64,000 bases of DNA from Macrostomum hystrix (GCA_950097015.1 CATNEN010000025.1:9486001-9550000), one strand, 5' to 3'; positions 52,791 to 64,000 are shown, counted from the stretch's first letter. Program-made: numbers and translations. The notes: generated by a model not told the origin, from the letters alone.

Positions 52791-53679
52791 GGGAACTACG
52801 ACATTTGACTGCTGCAATTTGACTTCCACCATTTGACTGCGGAGCATTTGACTGCGGAGCATTTGACTGCGGGCAATTTGACTGCGGAGCATTTGACTGC
52901 GGAGCATTTGACTGCGGAGCATTTGACTGCGGGCAATTTGACTGCGGGCAATTTGACTGCGGGCAATTTGACTGCGGGCAATTTGACTGCGGGCAATTTG
53001 ACTGCGGGCAATTTGACTGCGGGCAATTTGACTGCGGAGCATTTGACTGCGGGCAATTTGACTGCGGAGCATTTGACTGCGGAGCATTTGACTGCGGAGC
53101 ATTTGACTGCGGACAATTTGACTGCCAGCCATTTGACTGCGGGGCAATATATCCCATAGCTTGCACTTTAACTGCACTGGGAGGGGAAATAAATGGATTA
53201 TTACCCAGGGCAGATGAATGAAATGCGTAAGATAATTAGATTAGTGGACAAGAGCCCGAGCTTCTGGGGGATACATCAACTAATTTCCCAAAAACATGTA
53301 TAACGCATTTCGTTTAGATGTTTATAATTAGTCGCAGAGCGGTTGAAACGAGGGTCACTTTAAAGAAGTTTAAACCCATTGCAAATTCCCATGGCTCCGT
53401 GAGGATAATTTCAATTGCAAACAATTGTCAACAGAGGATTTTCCTTCTCCCAGAGCTCGAAATTTCCTAGATAAAAATGACTATAACAAAGTGTGAGAGC
53501 AACCGTAAAATACTCATAATTGGTTGCTGAGGCACAATTTTTCACTGACAAATTTATACTTATTTATCCGGAAATAATTATATACCTATTGCGAAGCTTT
53601 CTGGTTCTGGAACTGGGGAATCAGATTGTGGCAGTCAAATGGTGGAAGTCAAATGGCAGCAGTCAAATGCCGGGCTCCC
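52791..53679. mobile_element. Non-autonomous TIR DNA transposon (MULE/foldback-like) with an internal 15-bp array
   Basis: GGGA...TCCC termini; about 45-55-bp imperfect TIR including a perfect 24-mer ATTTGACTTCCACCATTTGACTGC; flanking direct repeat TTATAAAA(G) at 52783 and 53680. Confidence 0.75.
52800..53142. repeat. 15-bp tandem array (ATTTGACTGCGGAGC/ATTTGACTGCGGGCA)
   Basis: About 22 units forming the left arm of the 52791-53679 element. Confidence 0.93.
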
Positions 53680-54718
53680 TTATAAAAGTACATCTTGTAT
53701 TGCTCCTAGTTAGCCTACTTCGATTTTTTAAATAACAACAAGCAAATCCACTCAATAAAACGCAACAGTATTGGTACTCATAATAACAAATGTATATACT
53801 ATACTTTCACAAATAAGCAGATAAAAAATGAACATCAATTCAAATGATTGCAAAGATGTTTGTGCAAAAGGACATTTTTCAGATGCTTTTTGAATAGATA
53901 AAATGAAGTCCCACATAAAACAGTCCCACATTTATCAAAGTGACTTAGATAAATATGACTAGAATACACAAAAATTACTTAGAAAATTGCACATAGCTGG
54001 ATACAAGACGCCATGAGGTTAAATGAGGTTAATAAAAAATCAAGTACAATAGCCATGTTAGAAAAATAGATAGATGATTAACGTGACTCACGAAGAACTG
54101 TCATACAAAAGCAATAATAAAGTATTCTTATAGCAGCTGCAAAAGACTAAAACAGCCACAATCATACAAGGTATTTAAGAATCGAGTAAATATTGCCTTT
54201 CATAGGACTCAACCGCAGAAACAACAGGTGCATCTAATAGACACCTCCACTTCTAATATGGTCCAGAACCGATGTCCCACCCAGGTAAGTCAAGTCGGTG
54301 AATAAAAAACAATGATAGATAAGAATTACATTTTCAATAGCTTGGTCCTTCAGCTTTTGAATTTCAGCAAAGTTTCATAAGATATCAAGATTTTACAAGA
54401 AGGTGTAAAACAGCACGGGCTGTTTAAAATTGCCAATTAGAAAACTAAAAAGAGTTAAAAAACATTTTAGCACACTAACAAAATCATATCACAAGCTGTA
54501 AAAAACAACAATCACATATTGTAAGGTAAAATGGGGATCTAAATAGTTCAACATCTTCTGCATTGCATGCAATTAGGATAGTTTTTTAAGACAGCAACGT
54601 AGTTCTTTTAATTTCTTTAACAGATGACTTGTTCCGTCGACGCTACATTTAGTTGGGACGCAAAGAAATTGAGGACTTTTTAAAATAGTTTTTAGCTAAC
54701 TGAAACCAGCAAGTGAGT

Positions 54719-56406
54719 TTAAGCCTTTAAAGGCTCCATTTCAGGTGCGCCGACGACAAAGTCCTGCCAGGGTGAGTCTTCTCTGCGGCAGGCCCGACAG
54801 ATTAGGACAATAAATATGACAATAACTAGCACAATGGACAACACCGCGGCCCCGATGCTGATAATGCAGCCAAGCTGGCAGCTGCGAGTCTGCCATGTCT
54901 TCAGCTTAGACGTAGGCAAGTATTCGCAGGTCCTGAACAGCTGCGGGTGCAGGTCATCCTTGGTTTCAGGAATCTGATTGAACTGGATCAGAGCTGGCAG
55001 TTTCAGGTCAGTTGATTCGCAGGTGAGAAGCCAGGTGTCGTTGCTCTTCCATTCGAGGGCTAGGCCGCACTGATTAGCGCCAGACTGCGAGGCCAAACTC
55101 GATCCAAGCGAACTGAATAGAGTAGAGAGTGAGGACAGTGGAAGGAAATTGACATAGAAACTCAGTTGCAACACCCAGAACTATCAGCAGTCCAGGGCCG
55201 CGGTCCCCACTCCCTCGCACAGCATTTGTAAGTCAGGCCCTTCTAAAGCCCAATCGCAGAGACCTCAGAGCGGTCAGTAAGCCTCTTTCAAAGCACAGCT
55301 TTTTCTACCTTCACCGCTTCCTCCAGAGCCAGGTAGCAGGGGGAGCTGTGTCCATTTGCCAGTCCACCAGCAAAAATTGCGGAACACTTTATCTGCCAAT
55401 ACCCAGTCAATCTTGGGCCAAAACCAACGCTTTTTTTAAGTTTGCGAACCCGAGAGCTTGCTTCGGTACCTCAGGAGCATCTGGTTGCCAGGAGCGGAAT
55501 GGGCGGTCCTTTTCTTCACTGCATCCGCACGGATCGAGGCATCTTGCAGCTAAGTCAAATGAGCTAAGAGTTGCAGACAGTCTAAAACAATTACACATCA
55601 ACTTGGCGCCGGCTAACATTGCAGTTCTGCTTGGCGTTAAAGAATTCAACAGAATAATTTTGAGCCGGGCCGGGCGCGGGTGGGTCAACACCGGAGAGGC
55701 TGAGTAAGTAGCCGGTCCACAACTTACGACCGAGCAGAGCCAGCGGTGAGGCGAAGGGCAGATCTTTCGCTCTTTTAGAATCTGCAGCGAAGCAGGATAA
55801 TAAATGCTAGCCAGGTGGACTACTTCACGTGACAGCCTGTGAAAAAAGCAACTTACTCTTTTCAAAAAAGCGTTTAAGAAATCTGGTCACTTCCTGGTCT
55901 TCGGGCACTACGAAGACATTGCCAAGGAAGTTCCTAGACACTTGATACGCATCGGCTAGCGTCAGCTGCTCAGGAGTGACCAGGTAGCAGGAGCCGTTAA
56001 GATACAGCATTCTCTTATGGCAATAATCTCTGTCCAGCACCTGCACATCCATCTGCAATCCCTTGGCATCAGAGCGGACTTGCTCATTGTCGGACCGGAA
56101 TTCCACAGTCAGGTTGAACGACCTTTGACAAAGTAAGCAAATATCCCATAACAAAACTAATTAGACAGCATGCAGGTAGCAAAGAGTTCATTGTTATCCA
56201 ACTCACGAGTCCCACAAATTGACAATCTGCTGTTTGATTTTCACCGACTTTTCTGAGCACCAGCTTTCAGTTTGGGTTTTGCCTGAAAAAATGATTAGAA
56301 GTGTGTTTTATAAAACTGTCCCAACTTTAGGTAAAACAAACTTGAAATACTCACTCTCGTTCAGTTTTAGCGTCATGGTGAACACGTCAGCATCTGAGCT
56401 GCTGCA
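54719..56406 (-). CDS. Paralogue B of the CUB-like/C-type-lectin-like TM protein, 5' exons not found; join(56355-56406?,56207-56282,55857-56122,55595-55781,55470-55563,54719-55084)
   Basis: ESWCSEK...NLWDS, NLTVEFRSDNEQVRSDAKGLQ, GSCYLVTPEQ, KLWTGY, WQPDAPE, PALIQFNQIPETKDDLHPQLFRTC, TM CIISIGAAVLSIVLVIVIFIVLIC. Phases match gene A. The first acceptor is weak. Confidence 0.75.
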
Positions 56407-57433
56407 CTGAGTCGCACACCCACCTAAATTTCTACCCCAGCTAATCCTGTGCCATTTTTACAGCTGGGTGAACTGTAGCTCTATGGACTTCTGCCGATCA
56501 TCTGTCAATGACGCACTAGCAGACATAATAAATAAATTTCTTTAATACACCAAGATCTCTTTAAAGGTAACTAAAACACACGCCCACAAGCTGAACTGTT
56601 TAGAATAAAAATACAGATAGGTAAGTGCATGATTTGCAATAGGAATAGAATATCGAAACCAAGTGCGGACTGTGTGAGGCGCCAATCAGACCGCATAGTC
56701 CCTAGAAATTCTTTGGTTCACGCCGTCGCCAGTTGAATCAGGCAAAATCAGTTTACCTGTCGCAGCTAAACCGGTATTGTGGTGGCCTCTGAATCAGCTG
56801 CCATTGGCTGCAACAGCTCTTGAGCAGTTTCAGTTGCAGCAGTGGTCCTAACAGCGGGCGAATTCACATCTGCGGCGCTTCCTGTTCGTCTGCCGCCACC
56901 GGTAAAATAATAGCGCTTCCAACGCCGACGACAACAGGCAATCAGGCCGCAGGTAAGGCCAACAATGGCCAGACCGGAAACCACGCAGCCAATAATGCAG
57001 CCAATGCCGCAGGTAATTGGATTGTTTCTAGCTAGCCAGGTAGAATAGCAGGTAACAAATAGGTCGGCGCCATTGTTGTCAGGAATTTGGGCAAATCTAA
57101 TTAGAGCCGGGAATCGGTGCGACATTGGCTCGCAGGTGAAAACAGGTTTGCCTGACACCAGCTGGAAGGCGACACCGCAGCCTTCGGTGGCTGTTAAACT
57201 GACGTTCGACCTGTGTTAGCGAAAGAGAAGCCAAGGCGGTAAAGTACTAGCGAATGAGCCTAACATTCTTGGGCCATATGTACAGCTGTACAGATATTGC
57301 GCGGCGCATCTAAAGCTGCGTAAATTCAACTAAAGTGGTGGCAAAGTAGGGAGCAAAGTACCTAGTTTACAAATAGGTTTCCCAAGCCTGAGATTCGAAC
57401 CCCGGACCTTTTGGTTACATATCCGCACGCCAA

Positions 57434-59470
57434 TTGCACATTCAGCGGTCTCTGCAGGAGCTGTCGAACAAGCTCAGCCGTCTGGAGTCGAAAGAACAAG
57501 ATCGTCGTGGAAGCGGCGACAGACGTGGAGTCGTGACGTGTTGGAGGTGCGGTAAGCCGGGCCATGTTCAAAGGTTCTGCTTTCAGAAGTCGGGAAACTT
57601 CAATGGAGCGGCGACCGCCGGGGTGCCGTTCCGCAAGTGAGAATCCCGGCGCAGCCAGTCCTGGAGGTGTCCTGCTCAGCCGCCGGCGCCAACATGCTGG
57701 TGCAGTGCCGCATTCTGCCGATGGGTGTCCCTGCCAGCTGTTTGGTTGACACTGGGTGTTCACAGTCGCTGATGTCGAGTTCCCTGTTTCGTAAGCTGAA
57801 TGAGAAACTCTTGCCGTTGGCGACGCCCGTGCATCTGAAGCTGGCAGACGGCAACTATTTGGCAGCCTGTGGTTGGCAGGAAGTGCAGCTGAGTTTCGGT
57901 GTTGCGACTGTTCGGCAGGAGGTGTTGATCGTCAACAATCTGGCGAATGATTTTTTGTTGGGTGCAGATTTCCTGAAAAGTTGTGGCTGCATCATCGACT
58001 GCAATCGTCAAACGCTCACTGTGTGCGGTCAGCTAGTAAAAATGGAATCTTCAGCACAAGGGAGTGGTGCATTCGCCGTTGAAGTGGCGGACCGTACAAC
58101 TGTACCCGCTGGTCATGAAATCGTGTTTCCTGCGAGACTGGCGACTGGATCAGCGACTGCTGTTAATAGTGAGTGCGGAATCTTTGAGCCCGACAATTCA
58201 AAGGAAATCTCAAATGTCCTGTGTGGAGCGCGCAGCCTCTCTGTGATGCGAGGCGGACTCATCGCTGTGCACTATGTCAACACGGATACTAAGCCTCATA
58301 CTTTTTACCCCGGAACCTCAAGCCTCAAACTGGGGAGTTTCGAGCCGATGGAGACGGAGTTGCTAATGCAAGTTGAGTCAGTGAACAACCAAGAAATTGA
58401 GCATGGACCCGATGTTGTAGCGTAAGTGCATATCGATGAGAACAATCTGACAGCCAATCAAGCCCGGAGTGTCAAGGACATGCTGCATCAGTACCGGGAT
58501 GTGTTCTCAAAGAGTCCGAACGACCTGGGCTGCACTACACTGCTGGACCACAAAATCGACACGGGGTCGGCGCAGCCCATCAGAGTACCTCCTCGGCGGT
58601 TATCGCCTCCGAACCAGCGAGCGGTGTCGGAGATGGTCGAGCAGATGGTGCGAGACGACATCGTAGAGCTGTCGAGTTCTCCATGGTCGAGCCCAGTCAT
58701 CCTGGTGAAGAAGAAGGACGGTAGTTTGCGTTTCGTGAACGATTTCAGACTGCTCAACTCTGTGACCGTGAAGGACAGTCATCCACTGCCTCACACCAGC
58801 GATCTGATCGACGCCTTGGCGGGATCCACGATGTTTTCGACGCTAGATTTCACCAGCGGCTACTCTCAGGTGATGTTGGACTCTGAGAGTCGTGAAAAAA
58901 CTGCATTTCCTGCGCCACAGGGATTGTTCCAGTACAAGAGGCTGCCTCAAGGAGTCTGCAACGGGCCTGCCACATTCTCGAGACTGATGGAACTCGTGCT
59001 GAAGGGTCTTCGATGGGAAGTATGTCTATCATTTCTCGATGACGTAGTCATATTTTCGAAAGGATTCGAGCAGCATCTTCGTAGACTTCAGCTTTTGCTG
59101 CAGAAATTTAGAACCGCAAATCTGAAGTTAAAGCCGACAAAGTGCCACTTGTGCTATCAAGAAATCTCTTTTCTTGGCTTTCGAATCTCCAAGGACGGTG
59201 TGACAACTGATCCGGACAAGGTAAAGCCAGTACAGGAGTGGCCAACGCCTGAGGACCGTTCAGAAGTGCGGCAGTTTCTGGGACTGTGCGGCTACTATCG
59301 TCAGTTCGTCAAAAACTACAGCGAGATTGCTGCGCCATTGTACAAACTAACGCAGAAGGATGTGACTTTCAACTGGTCTCCGGAGTGCTTAGCGGCATTC
59401 AATCAACTGAAGCAATGCCTGACATCCAGCCCGGTCCTCATCATGCCGACATTTGCAGAAGACGTGCTCC
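57434..59470 (+). mobile_element. Ty3/Gypsy LTR-retrotransposon internal fragment: gag zinc knuckle, protease, RT, truncated before RNase H; no LTRs seen
   Basis: CWRCGKPGHVQRFC; LVDTG; HKIDT...PWSSPVILVKKKDGSLRFVNDFRLLN...FLDDV...QFLGLCGYYRQFV...LTSSPVL. In-frame TAA at 58423-58425 between protease region and RT; homology stops near 59470. Confidence 0.95.
57592..57651 (+). other. Programmed -1 ribosomal frameshift signal (G GGA AAC plus H-type pseudoknot)
   Basis: Heptamer is in X XXY YYZ phase with gag and its -1 frame is the pol ORF; 6-nt spacer; stem 1 57605-57613/57624-57632; stem 2 57616-57622/57645-57651. Confidence 0.85.
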
Positions 59471-60464
59471 TCCAGAGTTTTTCGGTGAAGTTTATACCCA
59501 TTGAAAATAATGTTAGATTATTTTTGCAAACACTGCTGTCAGATCAGTTTAAATTTAATTTTTTGTGTTCTTTTTATATACCTTTTTTATTATTCCATTG
59601 AGTTACTGTTGCAACAATAATTAAAATATTTTTTTTACAAAATAACTCGTTTTTTTATTAAATAAGAAGCTCGAATATTGTAAAAGTGAGTGGAACACTT
59701 TTTTTCGCGAAAGGAGAGCATTGTAAGATTGTTGGCAACATGTTTGCACGCGCTATGTATGTTTGCATGTTGTGCAATGATGTACATTAATCGTTAAAAT
59801 ATAAGCGAGTGAGTTGACGCCTTAAGTGGCGAGAATTTGGTCTACGCTACAATCTCGTTTTCGGCGGCTTACATCTCTATTGCTTACTGATAGTAAAACC
59901 GTAGGCAGTTTTTCCTATCGTCACCAATAGTAAATTTATGCAAAATCAACATCAAAAGTGTCACTTTACTAAAATAAAAAATATTTTTAAACACATACAC
60001 ACTAGTAAATTATTTACATTTATTCACTAGGAGCAGCCTAGATCAACTAAACTTACTTTGGGTTGTACACTGCGTACTACATGAACTATAACATCCATGT
60101 GCATTGCCTCCCTTCCCATCAAAGAGTAATTACACATGGATGTGATAGAGAGAAAGCCTGTGTCTCTCTCCTAGGACATAAATTGTGCCACAGTCCGTGC
60201 AGTTTATGTGAAAGCGAAATTAAAAGCTTCAGTCGAAATCTACCTACGCCAGTAGCTAGAGCCATACCATTTTATCACGCTTTAGCTCGTATTCAACCTT
60301 AGAGCTAGGAGCTTTACAGCCATCTCTAAATTATTAATTTTTGCCCTCCCCGCCTGACCTAGCCAAGAATTGAATAGATAATTAAAGAGCTCTAAAATGC
60401 TTTCATTATTTGTTTTTCAATGAACACTACTAAAGGATTTGGAAGGGGCACAGCCGCAGCTATT

Positions 60465-60640
60465 GACCGGCGCATTTGAACGCTGCGTAAGGCAGTCCAG
60501 TCCATGGACTGGGGGGAGCGCATTAGTCACCGTCAACTACCCGTCTAATGCTGGAACCCATTCAACAGCTGGGTGAGCTGAACCAATGCAGAGTTAAGTG
60601 TCTTGTTGAAAGACTAATTATTTCAGTGTAGTCGGGAATC
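60465..60640 (-). mobile_element. CORE-type SINE (reverse orientation)
   Basis: CAGTCCATGGACTG, CCCATTCAACAGCTGGGTGAGCTGAACCAATGCAG, TTAAGTGTCTTG, GTCGGGAATC are the reverse complement of the 38695 copy. Confidence 0.75.
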
Positions 60641-61319
60641 TATGACACGGGTTGTAGACAGGTAATCTAAGCGTGGGACACAGGACTTAAAGGTCTGAAA
60701 ATAGAATCAACAAAGGCTGCTTCGTCAGCCAATCAAGGTGCTCAGCTTTTTGTAGCCGTTTTGTTTCATTGTTGGATTCGAAGTCAGGAAATTGGGTTGG
60801 AGTAAGTAAATACTTTTCATTGGAATTGCTTAAAATAATATGATCAGCAACTCACTAGCATCCATTAACTCAATCACGGACTGAACGCTTTGAAAAGTGA
60901 CTAAACTGCCCAGAAGGAAGCTGGCTGCCCTAGCAGCCTCATCAAATGTGAGCTGGTCCACCGTGATCAAATAGCACGAGCCGCGGTGAAACAGCATGTC
61001 CATGTGACGAAAGTTATTCGCCATTATTACGGCATTTAGTTGCACACCCTTGGCATCTTTGCGATACTGCTTATCATCCGACTGGAATTCCACAGTGAGC
61101 TTGTAGGAACTGAAACAGCAATAATATATTTTGGTTCAATTTTTGCTCACATAAATTATATATGCACTTTAATCATAACTGTAGATACTTACGAATCCCA
61201 CAGATTCGCCAGCATTAGTCTTGGCGCCCTCTGCGCGTCACTATTTGAGCACCAACGTTGAGACGCTACTTGGCCTGCAGGAACAAAAAAATTGGTCTAA
61301 ACAAACATTCCTTGGCGCT

Positions 61320-61752
61320 GGAATCCCCAATCTGAGGATCTGGTAGTCTAGCATTCCCAATCTGAGGATCTGGTAGTCTAGCATTCCCAATCTGAGGATC
61401 TGGTAGTCTAGCATTCCCAATCTGAGGATCTGGTAGTCTAGCATTCCCAATCTGAGGATCTGGTAGTCTAGCATTCCCAATCTGAGGATCTGGTAGTCTA
61501 GCATTCCCAATCTGAGGATCTGGTAGTCTAGCATTCCCAATCTGAGGATCTGGTAGTCTAGCATTCCCAATCTGAGGATCTGGTAGTCTAGCATTCCCAA
61601 TCTGAGGATCTGGTAGTCTAGCATTCCCAATCTGAGGATCTGGTAGTCTAGCATTCCCAATCTGAGGATCTGGTAGTCTAGCATTCCCAATCTGAGAATC
61701 TGGTAGTCTAGCATTCCCAATCTGAGGATCTGGTAGTCTAGCATTCCCAATC
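61320..61752. repeat. 30-bp minisatellite (CCCAATCTGAGGATCTGGTAGTCTAGCATT)
   Basis: About 14 near-perfect copies. Confidence 0.95.
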
Positions 61753-61754
61753 TA

Positions 61755-62035
61755 GCTTAGCCAATAGCCATGGTTCATGATTTCAGCTTAGCCAATAGCC
61801 ATGCTTCATAATTTCAGCTTAGCCAATAGCCATGGTTCATGATTTCAGCTTAGCCAATAGCCATGGCTCATGATTTCAGTGTAGCCAATAGCCATGGCTC
61901 ATGATTTCAGCTTAGCCAATAGCCATGGTTCATGATTTCAGCTTAGCCAATAGCCATGGCTCATGATTTCAGCTTAGCCAATAGCCATGGCTCATGATTT
62001 CAGCTTAGCCAATAGCCATGGTTCATGATTTCAGG
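61755..62035. repeat. 31-bp minisatellite (GCTTAGCCAATAGCCATGGTTCATGATTTCA)
   Basis: About 9 copies abutting the 30-bp array. Confidence 0.93.
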
Positions 62036-63194
62036 CTAGCCCCCTGGAGTATATGATAGCTTACCTTCTGTGGATTTGGATCCACAATGCTAACATAGAT
62101 CTTCCTAGTAGCTTTGTCAACGCAATGCTGATGCTCCGCTAGAACTGCTCAAATGGTTAAAAGAAAGTTTTAGAAAATTTGCACTTTAACAAACAATGGT
62201 GCTTTTCAAATAAAAAAATATCGCACTGATACCTACCGGGGTGACTGAACAAAATGACAAAGGTGACAAAGAGCCACCTGAAGTTTATTGACATGCCGCA
62301 GATAGCTGAAAAACAAAATAGGAAATTTTTTTATTATTTATCTTTAACTACAGCATGGCAGTCACGCAGAGAAACAGAATACGTCCTAACACTGATGCTA
62401 TATGATATTGGCATTACTAACTGCAGATGTGTACACTGATTTGTATATATATATATATATATATATTTGATGCATATTTATATCATGGGCTAGCTGCCTT
62501 CCTATCAAAGGGTTATAAGCTTCGTATTAGACGCAGCTGCAAAATGTATCTTTCTAATGCAGCCAGCTATCTGAAAACGTCTGTAGAACTAAGCTGTGCT
62601 GCTATTACACTCTGTGTACAACTTGCAAATCCTTAGTCTGCATCCGAAACCTACTTAAGATAAACAATTCTAGCCTGATAAAGCTGATTATGTTTGAACA
62701 TTTAACAGTTTGTGTTCGCCTTACTTAATATAATTGCCAAAGCTTGCAAGCAGAAAATAAGCGACAAAAACTCAGTAAATCTAAATATGAAGCATCACAA
62801 CAGACAAGTCTGTGCCGACGAACAAAATCAACACAAAACGAAACGTTAGTTAACTAACTTACAACTTATCTGTGCATAACAGGAAGTTATATGGCCTCAT
62901 CGGCTTTAGCAGCTCAAGCTTGATGCACTACAGGATCATCATTAGATGGTCTGATACTAAAAATAAAATACTTTTCGAGTGCGAAAAAGCTAGCAAAAGT
63001 TTTGGTATACAACATTACAGCGCTGCTTAAACAAATAGTTACTCATCTGTAGAAAAAAAAAATTGGGAATGCACAATAAAGCAATTCGCCATGTAATTTA
63101 CAGAAAGTAAAGAGACGAAATGCAAGTCTCTCTTCGATTGGAAAACCTAGAAAGGAAAAAATAAATATCTGCGGATAGATAATAAGAAGCGATG

Positions 63195-63552
63195 GATAGA
63201 TCTGAACATTGGGAGGAAGGAGTGGTGGATAGATCTAAAGACTGGGAGGAAGGAGTGGTGGATAGATCCGAGGACTGGGATAAAGGAGTGGTGGATAGAT
63301 CTGAGGCCTGGGAGGAAGGAGTGGTGGATAGACCTGAGGACTGGGAGGAAGGAGTGGTGGATAGATCTGAGGACTGGGAGGAAGGAGTGTGGTGGATAGA
63401 TCTGAGGACTGGGAGGAAGGAGTGGTGGATAGATCTGCGGCCTGGGAGAAAGGAGTGTGGTGGATAGATCTGAGGACTGGGAGGAAGGAGTGGTGGATAG
63501 ATCTTAGGACTGGGATAAAGGAGTGGTGGATAGATCTGAGGCCTGGGAGAAA
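63195..63552. repeat. 33-bp minisatellite (GGATAGATCTGAGGACTGGGAGGAAGGAGTGGT)
   Basis: About 10 copies, some 35 bp. Confidence 0.9.
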
Positions 63553-63743
63553 GGTTTAACTGCTAAATTTAGGCTAAAGGTCTAATGTTAAGGTTAAGGC
63601 TAAACTGAAGGTTAAGTCTTGGTGTCTCGATCTGACTCATTTGGGCAAACGCGCATTTAAAAAAATCTATGAATCGCATTTTTAAACAATGCACTAACTA
63701 TTGAAGCCTTGACAATAAAAGAAATAATGACTAATGAATCCTA

Positions 63744-64000
63744 TTAATTCACAGGTTCGTAGGCCTGTGACATGAAGAATGGCTTTCCATCGTCAACGTG
63801 ACGCCTAAGTGAGCACTTCGCAGCCAGTCTCAGTAACTAGCAGAGTATCCTCAAACTGGGCCGACCGTTTCCCGTCGGTGGTTACGGAGGTCCAGTTGTC
63901 CGGCCACAGTTGGTCCTTCCACACGCCCAGGTTAATCATTGGCTCAATGGTGAACACGTGGCCAGGCTTCATAACGCCGACGGCTTTGTTTTTAGCGTAG
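63744..64000 (-). CDS. METAP1: Methionine aminopeptidase 1, final exon (5' part off window); as written stops at 63805-63807, natural end probably 63744
   Basis: [23 protein letters not shown]...[33 protein letters not shown] matches the eukaryotic MetAP1 C-terminus. Removing one T restores [20 protein letters not shown] followed by TAA TAG. Confidence 0.93.

Larger units (their letters stand above)
56766..62294 (-). pseudogene. Paralogue C of the CUB-like/C-type-lectin-like TM protein, apparently disrupted; exons 62237-62294, 62065-62147, 61193-61274, 60856-61109, 56766-57210
   Basis: Signal MSINFRWLFVTFVILFSHP; HCVDKATRKIYVSIVD aligns to gene A exon 2; RWCSN...NLWDS; LTVEFQSDD..DAKGVQ; GSCYLITVDQ; PALIRF; TM GIGCIIGCVVSGLAIVGLTCGLIACC. 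Homologues of gene A exon 3 and of the LWTGY exon were not found. A Gypsy fragment and a SINE lie inside. Confidence 0.6.

Noticed and set aside
57200-59700. LTRs, PBS or integrase for the Gypsy element
   Set aside because: No direct repeats flank the fragment; homology ends before RNase H and begins next to a SINE remnant.
61241-61750. (MLDYQILRLG)n ORF as the missing CUB exon
   Set aside because: It is a pure 30-bp repeat with no similarity to gene A exon 3 and no donor site.

Overview
Eukaryotic (animal) genomic DNA. GC-rich exons, GT-AG introns stuffed with minisatellites and (GACA)n tracts resemble a free-living flatworm such as Macrostomum, but this is an impression and is not verifiable here. 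Genes, left to right: (1) the 3' part of a C2H2 zinc-finger gene (+). (2) A complete six-exon Src-family (Src42A/FRK-like) tyrosine kinase (-, 4385-32556, about 698 aa) whose 20-kb third intron is almost all tandem arrays, including an 11-kb satellite with higher-order structure and a 21-bp array that reads as a perfect heptad coiled coil. (3) A two-exon insect-type arylalkylamine N-acetyltransferase-like GNAT (-). (4) Three tandem paralogues of a signal peptide-CUB-like-C-type-lectin-like-TM receptor (-): one complete, one 5'-less, one disrupted. (5) The last exon of MetAP1 (-). Mobile DNA includes CORE-type tRNA SINEs, a TIR/TSD-bounded non-autonomous DNA element, and a Gypsy gag-pol fragment with a textbook -1 frameshift slippery site plus pseudoknot. 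The most notable region is a 6-kb block (41044-47270). There, two Crypton/DUF3504 tyrosine-recombinase remnants alternate with two IS630/Tc1-like DDE transposase remnants. The DDE remnants are each enclosed by long inverted repeats sharing a TGTCTATGGCCA core, and a related CCATAGAC core also bounds both recombinase remnants. All gene models were assembled by hand from splice sites and phase compatibility; no database searches were run.
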